Below are positions 20,023 to 35,219 of a stretch of DNA of 64,000 bases, in pieces (position 1 is the first letter of the stretch; every line of letters starts with the position of its first letter). The notes beneath the pieces were generated by a model. It searched no databases and was not told where the DNA came from. It saw only the letters and a program-made list of their open reading frames with translations. Origin of the DNA: the human T2T-CHM13v2.0 reference genome, Homo sapiens; assembly GCF_009914755.1 (NCBI RefSeq), contig NC_060943.1, one strand, 5' to 3'. The position numbers and the translations under genes are program-made.

Positions 20023-21372
20023 TGATATTCATATAGGAATTCATTCAGTAGCAAACACTGATTTCCAGGGAAGAAATTCACGGGTAAGTTCTTCTGAATA
20101 TGCAAGGCAGAAATATTTCCAGGTTTTCATGAGCACTTCCACATGTGGAAGTCTTTCTGCTGGCGAAAGACACATTCGCCAGCAAACTCTGAGGAGTCTT
20201 TTGCTTTCCCTAGACCTCACTGAATTCTGCACAGCAGGGAAGAGGGGAAGGCTGATCTCAGAAAACCTCCCATCTCTGGCAGTGGTGGGTCTGACACTGC
20301 ACTTATGTGCACGATTACCATTTTGTCCAAACCCCGTGGCTTCCTGTTGGGGTTTACCCTTGTTTCTCCCAGACTATTCTTCCCATACGGAGGGACTCTT
20401 GTGACCAGACTGTCCTGGGGCAGTGCCTGGTGCTCATGGCTCAAGGCACAGTTCTGCTGGGGCTGGTGCTGCTGCCATCCAGGTGGTGAGAAAGTAAGCA
20501 GACCCAGAGGGGTCCTGAGCGGGGAGCGGGGTCAGTGTCTGAGCCTCTCCTTCTCTCCCCAGGGGCTTTGGCTTAGGATCCAGGAGATGGCCTTAGAGTG
20601 CAGGAGCTGGTGACGGTGCAGGAGGGAATGTGCAGGCATGTGCTCTGCGCTGTTTTCTACCCCAAGTATTACTGGGCAGGATCCGGCCTAGCTCATGGTT
20701 ACTGCCAACAGGATGAAGCCACTCCTGGAAGGAACACTCCAGTGGCTACAAACAACCCCAAACAATTGCAGGAGAAGAACCAGGGCCAGTTCACCTCGTT
20801 GGTCATCCCCAGACCTACAGCTGCTCCCTGAACCTCAGAGATGCCAATGAGGCGGATACAGGGACGTACTTCTTTCAGGTGGAGAGAGGTTATTACATGA
20901 AATACAGTTACGGAAATGAGAAGTTGTTCTTGCATGTGACAAGTAGAGGAAAGTCCCAGAAAAGGAGCTCTTTCTCCTCATTCGGGGTCATGGGAAGCAT
21001 TCAGGGGCCCTGGGGTGGGGCTCTGGCACAGGGAGTGCCCCCACTCCCAGAAACAGGAATCAGCCCCTTTCTCTTTTCTAGTGCTGACCCAGCCACCTGA
21101 GATCCATGTCCAGAAGAGCTGCAATCAGGTGACCCTGGAAATCTGACTTGCACCGTATCATGGGCCGGTGAGAAGGGAACCCCACCAAATTTCTTCTGGA
21201 TAAGAGAAGCCACCAATTTTACAGTCTCCAAGACCCCTCTTCCCGACCAGTCCTCAGTTCTCAGCCTTATCCCACAGCCATGTGACCATGGCAGCAACCT
21301 CACCTGTCAGGTGAAGTTCCTCCGAGCTGGTGTGACCATGGGGAGAACCATCCAGCTCAATGTCTCTTATGA

Positions 21373-22084
<712 letters not shown>

Positions 22085-22188
22085 TGAGCCAGTGGGTGCT
22101 GTAACTTCCCTTCCTGAACAATGTCTCCCGTCATGCCCTCCTTGCTTAGTCCCCTGTCCTCCATCAGCATGACCAGGCCCTTTGCTGT

Positions 22189-22495
22189 CTTTTTTTTTTT
22201 TTTTTTTTTTGAAGATGAAGTTTCGCTCTTGTCGTCCAGGCTGGAGTGCGGTGGCAGGATCTCGGCTCACTGCAACCTCCGCCTCCTTGGTTCAAGTGAT
22301 TCTCCTGCCTCAGCCTTCTGAGTAGCTGGGATTACAGGAGCATGCCACCATGCCTGGCTAATTTTTGTACTTTTAGTAGAAACAACTTTTCACCATGTTG
22401 GTCAGGGTGGTCTCGAACTCCTTGACCTCAGGTGATCCAACCGCCTTGGCCTCCCAAAGTGCTGGGGTTACAGATCTGAGCCGCCGCACCCAGCC
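22189..22495 (-). mobile_element. Alu with TSD ctttgctgtctt
   Basis: Antisense Alu; absent from the paralogous unit B. Confidence 0.88.
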
Positions 22496-22909
22496 TCTTT
22501 GCTGTCTTGATCATTGTTCCATGCCCCTCCCCAGCCTCCCATCTTCCCTTCATGCTGTGCCCCTGATAGCACAAGCCCAGAAAGACCTTCCTGTACCCAG
22601 TACCAGCCCCACCCCTTCCTGGCCCAGAGTCCCCTGTGACTCCTCGGCACCCTCAGTCTAAGCTCCTCAGCTGGTCATGCCCCAACACCTCCATGTCCCC
22701 TTGGAAGACCCCAGATATATGTGCAGGTCTCTTCATCTGCCAGACTGTTTCAGAGCCTTTGCACATCCCTCGTCCTTCACTTGTGATGCCTGTCTGTCTT
22801 GCGTCAATACGACCCACTCCCCCTTCCAATCTCAGTTCAGCCTCCTTCCCTCCAGGGTCTGTCAGCTAGCGTGGACTCCGGGATTTGTGTACATAAGAGC
22901 ATGAGCCGG

Positions 22910-23205
22910 GCCAGGCTTGGTGGCTCACGCTTGTAATGCCAGCACTTTGGGAGGCTGAGGTGGGCAGATCACGAGGTCAGGAGTTCAAGACCAGCCTGAC
23001 CAACATGGTGAAATCCCGTCTCTACTAAAAATACAAAAATTAACCTGGCGTGGCGGCACATGCCTGTAATCCCAGCTACTCAGGAGGCTGAGGCAGGAGA
23101 ATCGCTTGAACGTGGGAGGCGGAGCTTGCAGTGAGCTGAGATCACGGCACTGTACTCTAGCCTGGGTGACAGAGCAAGACTCCATCTCAAAAAAAAAAAA
23201 AAAAA
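22910..23205 (+). mobile_element. Alu
   Basis: Alu consensus, TSD agcatgag. Confidence 0.88.
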
Positions 23206-24999
23206 GCATGAGTCAAACAGTCATGTGTCTTCTGTCTCATTCCGAATGGGAGGTAAGGGAGAAACCGACCTCTCAGCACCACTCTTCCTGCTTTCTCTGT
23301 TTTTTTCGTCCAGCCCCAAAGACCCTGAACAATGGTACACCACTGCCTGTCCTGGAGGGAGAGTCCCTGTGGTCTGTGTGGCTGACAGCACCCCACCTCC
23401 CAACCCCGCCCGGCTGAGCTGGTCCTGAGAGGGAAGAACACTGAATTCCTCCCAGCTCTCAGCACCCGGGGGCCTGGAGCTGCCTCAGATAGGGGCTGGG
23501 ACGGAGGAGCATTGACCTGTTGGGCTCACCACCCACTGCGATTTCAGCACATTTCCCTGAGCCTCTGTGCAGAGTGAGTTGCAGGACAGCTGCTGAGGCA
23601 GGCAGCCTAGTCGGGTGTTTGGGCTGTCAGAGGGGTGGAGGCCTGGGAACAGAATCTCACACGCTTCTACCCTTTCCCAGGAAGCCCCTCTGGCTACAGA
23701 TGTGTGAGTGAAAAGCAGGAGGGCTTCTGGCCCCTGGTTCTCACCTGATCAGGGGGCCATCCTGGGCACTGGCTTCCCCCCAACCCCCATGGCCTCACCT
23801 GGAGCTACTACTCCAGGTGAGCAGGCCTGCTCTTTTCTAGGGAAGCCGAAGGATTGTTCCCCGAGTTCCAGGTGGGGCTGAGCTGTCCTGTCCCGCCTGA
23901 GTTAGAATTGAAGTGGCCGATGCTAATCTGAGGCCCGTGTTGGCTCTGCAGGTGTGGAGGGCCCCAGGGGAGCAGTGCTGAGAGGCCTGACTGAGCCCCT
24001 CCTGCTCAAGACAGAACTCAGATGTGGACACCCAGCCCTGCAGAACAGATGCAGGACAACACTGTCAGCCATGGCTCAGCCCTTCTGACCATTGCAGTTG
24101 AGATGCTGCAACTTCCCAGGGAGCGACTGGGCAAACATGGGGGCCTGAGGTATTCACGGCAACGTGCACAGATGATAAAACTACCTAGAAAAGCATGGAG
24201 ACCATTAGCGTTAAAGTGAGGCTGGGGCTGCTTCAGGAGGAAGTGGGGTGTGGCTGACAGGAAGTGGGGTAACAAAGAGGAGGTGTTGCGGCATCCCCAG
24301 TGTTCTGTTTCTCTAAGCATGTTCATATGTGTAAACCGCTGAGATTTTTTCTTGGGGGGAAGACATTTTTATCTATATGGCTTATATTTCTCCCAAAAAT
24401 ATTTCTAGAAAACTGACATCGGTCTAAGGAGGCTCCACCACACAGGATACTCCCAGTTCCTCCCAGCCCAGCCACACAGTTACAAAAAATCTTCTGCTGA
24501 ATTCAGGTGCATGTTTCTTCTCCCATGAAATCCTGCCCATCGCGGAGGGTGCATGCCCCGGGGCTGGTGTCCTCACTCCACATCTCCTGTTCACCGGGAC
24601 CCCTGGGAGCAGAGCTTGCAGAAGCAAAGCCCCAGGGCCAGCTGATCCCTCATGTTCTGGAGTAACCAGGGAAGTGTGGCTGAGCGAGACATCGGTGGTG
24701 AAGAAACCCTTCGTGGTGCAGTGAGGAAAGGAGAAATATCTTCCCTTTTGAAATCTGCCCCTTTTCTTCCGAATTTCCTCCCTTCCAAGCCCCACAGTAC
24801 AACAGTCACAGCCTCAGTTTCCCAGACCTCCTGCGAGCCAGGCTCCCCTCTGTGTCCTTGGCGTGTATCAACACATAGAATCCTCACCTCCACAGCCCCA
24901 TGTCCCTCTGCTCAGTCCTCCTGAGATTGAACCCCTGACCTACGGGAGAGTGACCCCATCCTGCCTGTGCCCCCCAACTGAAGCTCCTGCCGTGGACAG

Positions 25000-26176
<1,177 letters not shown>

Positions 26177-26204
26177 TGATCCTGAGTCCCCCTCTCTTCA
26201 CCAG

Positions 26205-26483
26205 CCTTGACCCACAGGCCCAACATCCTCATCCCAGGCACCCTGGAGTCCGGCTGCCCCCAGAATCTGACCTGCTCTGTGCCCTGGGCCTGTGAGCAGG
26301 GGACACCCCCTATGATCTCCTGGATAGGGACCTCCGTGTCCCCCCTGGACCCCTCCACCACCCGCTCCTCGGTGCTCACCCTCATCCCACAGCCCCAGGA
26401 CCATGGCACCAGCCTCACCTGTCAGGTGACCTTCCCTGGGGCCAGCGTGACCACGAACAAGACCGTCCATCTCAACGTGTCCT
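26205..26483 (+). CDS. SIGLEC9: SIGLEC9 exon 2 (C2-set 1)
   Basis: [30 protein letters not shown]...HLNVS; AG/GT boundaries; 279 nt. Confidence 0.97.
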
Positions 26484-26688
26484 GTGAGTGCTGGGCCGGG
26501 ACGCCTGGGTCCCTGATGGGGTGAGCGTCAAGCCTGGACACTGGGTGCTGGGTCCCGGAATCTGGGCTGGTGGTGGGGTCAGGAGGACACTGGCTCTGCC
26601 TTCCCTGTTTATGCGGCTCCTGGGGACAGACAGGGCCAGTGTCCCCAGCCCTCACAGTGATGCGGGTCTCCATGTCTTTCTGTCCCAG

Positions 26689-26736
26689 ACCCGCCTCAGA
26701 ACTTGACCATGACTGTCTTCCAAGGAGACGGCACAG
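26689..26736 (+). CDS. SIGLEC9: SIGLEC9 exon 3 (linker)
   Basis: 48 nt, YPPQNLTMTVFQGDGT, canonical splice sites. Confidence 0.95.
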
Positions 26737-27637
26737 GTAGGATGGAGCTCCCTCCCTGGGGCTGGAGGAGCAGGGCCTTCAGGTCAGGATGGGGCTGGCT
26801 TATTCCTCAACCTGGACTCACTTTGGCAAACAGGGATGTCCTTGTGGGTGAACTCAGGGCCCCTCTGTATCCTTAGGCCCCAAGGCCACTTGTTCCCATC
26901 CTCCCATCACCTCCCTTGGACTCCCCCACACACCCCCCCCTCAGCCTCAAACAAGAAGAGGGTGGCATTCACACAGCAGGACCAGGCTTTGAGGCTCCTT
27001 CTCATGTATCTCCTGAATACATCTCCACCCTTATCTGTTTATTTCTGATAGTTCTGATCTAAGTACTTCTGGACAGGTGATAAATGTCCATGGGCAAAAA
27101 TTCAAATTGCAGAGCAAAGGCTCTCCTCCGATGCCTGCCCCCCTCCCCAGAACCAACCACTGTCCATCCAGGCTGCCCTGAGTCTCGGTTTGTACACCTG
27201 GAGGATCTCAGAGGTGGTTTGACGTCCGTAGTGAGACTGTCCGCACCCTCCTCTAGGGCTGTGTGTGAGTCCACTGCATGGATGGACTCTGATTTTGTGG
27301 CATCTCCTAATGGAAGATCACGGCACTAATTTCATCCTACGGCAGGATAGAACAATCTTGTATCTACTTCCACAGGAATATCTAAGCCTGTGGGTTAAGT
27401 TCCTAAAAGCAAAATGTAGCTACATTATATGTTCTTTCTTATTTTGAAAGATAAGCCCAAACTGTTCTCGATGAAGCGGGGAGAAGTTTACATTCCCAGC
27501 AGTGAGTGGTGAAAGTGTGTGTTTCCAGAACTTCAGTCTATGTCTGTGTGTCAGTTGCTGTCATCAGTCTCTTTCTGTATCCTTCCTTTTTCTCCAGATC
27601 TATGTATCTCTCTGACCCTCTGTCTCTTTTTCTACAG

Positions 27638-27904
27638 TATCCACAGTCTTGGGAAATGGCTCATCTCTGTCACTCCCAGAGGGCCAGTCTCTGCGCCTGG
27701 TCTGTGCAGTTGATGCAGTTGACAGCAATCCCCCTGCCAGGCTGAGCCTGAGCTGGAGAGGCCTGACCCTGTGCCCCTCACAGCCCTCAAACCCGGGGGT
27801 GCTGGAGCTGCCTTGGGTGCACCTGAGGGATGCAGCTGAATTCACCTGCAGAGCTCAGAACCCTCTCGGCTCTCAGCAGGTCTACCTGAACGTCTCCCTG
27901 CAGA
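27638..27904 (+). CDS. SIGLEC9: SIGLEC9 exon 4 (C2-set 2)
   Basis: STVLGNGSSLSLPEGQSLRLVC...EFTCRAQNPLGSQQVYLNVSLQ; 267 nt. Confidence 0.97.
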
Positions 27905-28556
27905 GTGAGTGCACCAGTATGCTGGGGAGGGGCTGGAGAGGAGAACACACCTCCTCCACCCTTAGTAACTGCTGAGCGTGGACCTTCAGAGAGGAGCTCC
28001 GCTCTGGTCTGTGCTCAGCTGTGAGGTCTGGAACTTCCCTGGGACCCACAGCACCACTGTCCTCTTCCTGCCAGGGAAGGGTTGTGGGGTGGGGAGAGGG
28101 CAGGAGTGGATCTCAGAGGGGACAGGATGGGGCCGGACAGGTGTGTTTAGGGAGACAAGCGCCTTTCTTTGCAGGGCTGAACTGGAGTCACACAACTGAG
28201 ATACTTGCTTTGAGCATCAAATTAAAAAAAAGAAAAAGCCCAGCAAGTCAGCAATCAAATGAAATCATATTGCAATGCAATAATCTTTTAAAAAAAGTAA
28301 AAATTGAATGCAAAACAAATTCATTAATGGATAAAATATTAAAATTGTGAAAAAAAACCCCAAAAGGAATGGCTGGCACTTGCACGCCTCACTGGCCTCA
28401 GGAAGAGTCTCTCCATGTCCTGCTCTCTCTCATTCCTGTTCTTTGTGTCTGGAAAGGGGAAGTGGAAATAGAAGTCTAGGACCCTACAGGAAGTGGGAGG
28501 AGAAGAGACCCAATTCTCTATGATATATCACAAAAATAACTCCCATCTGTCAACAG

Positions 28557-28647
28557 GCAAAGCCACATCAGGAGTGACTCAGGGGGTGGTCGGGGGAGCT
28601 GGAGCCACAGCCCTGGTCTTCCTGTCCTTCTGCGTCATCTTCGTTGT
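28557..28647 (+). CDS. SIGLEC9: SIGLEC9 exon 5 (transmembrane)
   Basis: KATSGVTQGVVGGAGATALVFLSFCVIFV; 91 nt; donor GTAAGC. Confidence 0.96.
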
Positions 28648-29021
28648 GTAAGCATGGACCCTAGAGAGGGAGGGAGGGAGAGCCCTGGGGGAGGACAGGC
28701 TGGAAGCTGGATCCCTGAAGCCAGAGCTGGAGGGACCTGGATGGGTCAAGAGCTTGGGGCAAGAAGGAGGTCACAGGTGCATGGTGAGAATTCCATGTGG
28801 GCCTGTGTTTGAGGAGCTTTGAGTCTGTGGCAAACCTTGGTACCCACTGTCCAGGAGAAGAGAGCCTCTGTTCTCAACCTTGGGGTCTCTAAGACTGGAC
28901 CACTGCTTTCCCACCTCAGTCACCCCTGCAGTCCCTTAATAGGAAACACATGGGGGTACCTGGTCTGCCCACCGCACCCCAATCTGACCACACTGAAAGG
29001 CTCTCTGGTCTCTTCACTCAG

Positions 29022-29118
29022 AGTGAGGTCCTGCAGGAAGAAATCGGCAAGGCCAGCAGCGGGCGTGGGAGATACGGGCATAGAGGATGCAAACGCTGTC
29101 AGGGGTTCAGCCTCTCAG
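29022..29118 (+). CDS. SIGLEC9: SIGLEC9 exon 6 (cytoplasmic)
   Basis: VRSCRKKSARPAAGVGDTGIEDANAVRGSASQ; 97 nt; ends phase 0. Confidence 0.96.
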
Positions 29119-29472
29119 GTGAGTGATGTGGACTCTCCACAGCCAGCATGTAGCCTGGACACCTCCCACAGGATGACCCCCAGGACTAATCAGCTGGGCG
29201 TAGCCAAAGTTACCTCCTCTCTGTTCTTCCTTTCTTCTCTGTAGCCCCAAATCACAATGTTTGGTTGGTTTCCTCCCCTAAGAACAGCTTTTATTGTCTC
29301 TGCTCCCTATCCTGACCCTTCATTGCTGAGGCCTGAGGATCTCTGTCTTTTGTTCCCTCACCTGTCTGCCTGTCTCCTCTCCTTTCCTGCCTGGGGGGAC
29401 TGTCCAGAAGACATCATCGTCCAGTTCCTCTGCATTTGAACAGCTGTTCCCCCACCCCTCAATACCGTTTAG

Positions 29473-29694
29473 AGCAGAAGCCAGCAAATACTATCTGTCA
29501 GGGACAGATAGAAACTATTTTCGGCTTCATGGGCCACACAGTCTCATTGCAGCTCCTCAAATCTGCTGTTGTAGCAAGAAAGAAGCCATATACCCTGTGT
29601 AAACAAATGAATATGGCTGTGTGCCAATAAAACTATTCACAAACATAAAGAGTGGGCTGGATATGACTCAGATACTGTAGTTTGACAACCCCTG
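29473..29694 (+). mobile_element. MER58A-like in SIGLEC9 intron 6 (paralogous copy at about 48405-48624)
   Basis: cagatagaaactattttcggcttcatgggccacacagtctc...ggctgtgtgccaataaaact. Confidence 0.7.
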
Positions 29695-29695
29695 A

Positions 29696-30452
<757 letters not shown>

Positions 30453-30498
30453 CATCCTCACTGTCTGCTCTGACTCACTTCTCTCTCCCATGTCTCAG

Positions 30499-30687
30499 GG
30501 GCCCCTGACTGAACCTTGGGCAGAAGACAGTCCCCCAGACCAGCCTCCCCCAGCTTCTGCCCGCTCCTCAGTGGGGGAAGGAGAGCTCCAGTATGCATCC
30601 CTCAGCTTCCAGATGGTGAAGCCTTGGGACTCGCGGGGACAGGAGGCCACTGACACCGAGTACTCGGAGATCAAGATCCACAGATGA
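30499..30687 (+). CDS. SIGLEC9: SIGLEC9 exon 7 (ITIM LQYASL, ITIM-like TEYSEI, stop)
   Basis: GPLTEPWAEDS...KIHR*; exon lengths sum to 1392 nt = 463 aa + stop. Confidence 0.97.
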   Translation, partial: GPLTEPWAEDSPPDQPPPASARSSVGEGELQYASLSFQMVKPWDSRGQEATDTEYSEIKIHR

Positions 30688-30895
30688 GAAACTGCAGAGA
30701 CTCACCCTGATTGAGGGATCACAGCCCCTCCAGGCAAGGGAGAAGTCAGAGGCTGATTCTTGTAGAATTAACAGCCCTCAACGTGATGAGCTATGATAAC
30801 ACTATGAATTATGTGCAGAGTGAAAAGCACACAGGCTTTAGAGTCAAAGTATCTCAAACCTGAATCCACACTGTGCCCTCCCTTTTATTTTTTTA

Positions 30896-30901
30896 ACTAA
30901 A
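30896..30901 (+). terminator. Probable non-canonical poly(A) signal (ACTAAA) of SIGLEC9
   Basis: No AATAAA seen near the stop; ACTAAA variant follows a U-rich tract about 210 nt after the stop. Confidence 0.45.
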
Positions 30902-31913
30902 AGACAGACAAATTCCTACCTCTCTGTACCTTGGTTTCCTGCTCTGTAAAACAGGAATGAGAAGCCCTACTTGCAAGGTTGTGGTCACCATTCCAGGAGT
31001 CACATCCCGTCAGAGCTCCTGGCACAGGTGTATGCCGAGCACTGATGGATCGCTGTGCTTTGAACACAAAGGTCCTGCTGGGAACCTCTCCTGATTCTGG
31101 TGGCAACTAGTACTTATATGTCTGTGTCACTTGCCTGCAAAATAGCGATTCTGCAACTTTCCAGGAAATAACCTCAGCCTGCAAATCAGGTCTAGGTAGC
31201 ATCTGGATCCTGCCCACCTCTTCAGCCTCATCTGCCCACCCTGTGACTGCTAGGCCGCCTTACTCTCTGCAGTCTACGTATTGTGCACAGTCCAGTGGGA
31301 ATCTTTAGGACACACTGAGCTCTCTCCGCACTGCTCACAGCCCATCCATGGCTCCTGGATCCTGAACCTCCCATCACATCCTCTTCGTGACATCACTCTC
31401 CCACTTCAGTCCACTCCTCCATCTTCACCACTTAACCCACTGGTCCCTCTGGTCTTTTCCAAATCATTTGCAACATGCCCTGTTGGTTCATACCTCAGTC
31501 CTTGCACACTGGGGACCCTCCTCCTAGAACGCCCTCCTCCTGGGCCTTCTTCTGTCTCTGTCTTTGAAAATGGAGTTCAAGGATTGGACTTCTGGGTTGA
31601 GCTGAGGGAGAGAGTGAAGCAGCAGCTCATGATCTCCCTCCTCTAAAGCCAAACCCAGGGAATGAGAAACGTTTCCAAAGGGGCACAGGATCATCTGGCA
31701 AATTAAACAACATGATCCAAAAAAATTTACCTACATGCAGCACCCGAACGAGGAAAGGGACATCTCACAACAATCACTTTATGCAGTAGCCCTGATAGGA
31801 AGAAATCAAAGGACTGGAGGAAGCACTAAAACTTCCCTAAATCTAGACTCTTGCCCATTTACGGCAGCATCAAAAAACCGTAAAGTACCAAGGAACAATT
31901 TTTTAAAAATCAT

Positions 31914-33395
<1,482 letters not shown>

Positions 33396-33898
33396 ACGGA
33401 ATGCTTCTGTACTGATGAATATAGAACATTTTTGAGAGACTTAAGGAAGGCCCAAATGAAGGAAGAAATATATCACGTTCATGGATTAGAAGGCAAAAAT
33501 GGTTAAAATGTCAGTTGTCTGCATATTGATTTAGGTAATCCCTGTCAAAATTCCTATATATATATAAAATATATGTATATGTGTATATGTATGTACATAA
33601 GTATAGATGAGTGTATATGTATGTATATTGTAAATATAAGTTTATATATATACATATATAGTTATAAATTGATAAGTTGGTTCTGAAATTTATATAAACA
33701 CATAAAAACCTAGAATAACCAAATCATTGTGATAAGAAACACATTTAGAGAAGGCAGACTTTAACACTAGAGTAATACAGAGAGTGTGGTGTGGACTAGA
33801 GTACAGTCTACAAATGGACCCACACATATACAGTCAACTGAATAGCATCAAGTCTATTCAATTGGGACAGGAAAGACTTTTAATAAATGTTGGTAGGT

Positions 33899-34215
33899 GG
33901 TCGGGCGCGGTGGCTCACACCTGTAATCCCAGCACTTTGGCAGGCTGAGGTGGGTGGATCACTTGAGGTCAGGAGTTCAAGACCAGCCTGGATAACATGG
34001 TGAAACACCATCTCTACCAAAAATACAAAAAAAAAAAAAAAAAATTAGCTGGGTGTGGTGGCAGGCAACTGTAATCCCAGGTACTAGGGAGGCTGAAGCA
34101 GAATTGCTTGAACCCAGGAGGCAGAGGTTGCAGTGAGCCAAGATTGTGCCACTGTACTCCAGCCTGGCGACAGAGTGAGACCCCATCTTGAAAATAAATA
34201 AATAAATAAAAAATA
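33899..34215 (+). mobile_element. Alu within old L1 fragments (33400-34740)
   Basis: Alu consensus; L1-like flanks. Confidence 0.85.
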
Positions 34216-34744
34216 AATGTTAGCGGAACAAGTGAAATTAGGGTTGGTAAAAACGAGTGTTGAGCTGTTTCTCACATCACACGCAAAAAATTAGCCTGAA
34301 GCGAATCATAAACCTAAAAGTAAAAGCGGAGACTATAATGTTTGTACAACTGTGCTGTTTGATATGGTAACCACTAGCCACATGTGGCTACTGAGCACTT
34401 GAAATGTCCTACATTTAGTGAGAAAATAATATAAAAATCTAAGTAATTAATATTTAAAATTGATTACATGTTTCCATGTAACGGCATAATACTCATCAAT
34501 ATATAATAACAATATATAATACATGCAATAGCTTGAATAAATTTTGAAAACATCTTGAGTCAAAGAAGCCAGATGCAAAAGAATACATGCTCTGTAGTTT
34601 CACTTATATGAAGTTCAAGAACAGGCCAAACTAATCTACAAAGACAGAAATTCATAACAGTGACTGCCTCAGGTTGGGAGTGGGATTTGGGGATTAACGT
34701 GAATGGCACACAGGGGAACTTTCTGGGGTCCTGGGAATTTTATT

Positions 34745-35065
34745 TCTTTCTTTTCTTTTTTTTTTTTTTTTTTTTTTTTTTTTGAGAAGGAGTCTAGCTC
34801 TGTTGCCGGGCTGGAGTGCAGTGGCTCACTGCAACCTCCGCCTCCAGGGTTCAAGCGATTCTCCTGCCTCAGCCTCCTGAGTAGCTGGGATTACAGGCAC
34901 GGGCCACCATGCCCAGCTAATTTTTGTATTTTTAATAGAGATGACCACCATGTTGGCCAAGACCACCATGTTGGCCAGGATGGTCTTGATCTCTTGACCC
35001 TGTGATCCAACCACCTCTGCATCCCAAAGTGCTGGGATTACAGGCGTGAGCCACTGCGCCCAGCC
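34745..35065 (-). mobile_element. Alu with internal deletions and an 18-bp tandem duplication
   Basis: gaccaccatgttggccaa twice at 34943-34978. Confidence 0.85.
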
Positions 35066-35219
35066 AGTCCTAGGAATAGTCTATGTCTTAACTGGGATAG
35101 TAATTATGTGGTTATGAATCAAAACACATTGAATCACGCAAATAAAATCTATGTATTTTACTGTATGTAAATTTACCTTTCATGAAAGAGAAATTAAAAA
35201 CTCTTAAATGATGAAAGCT

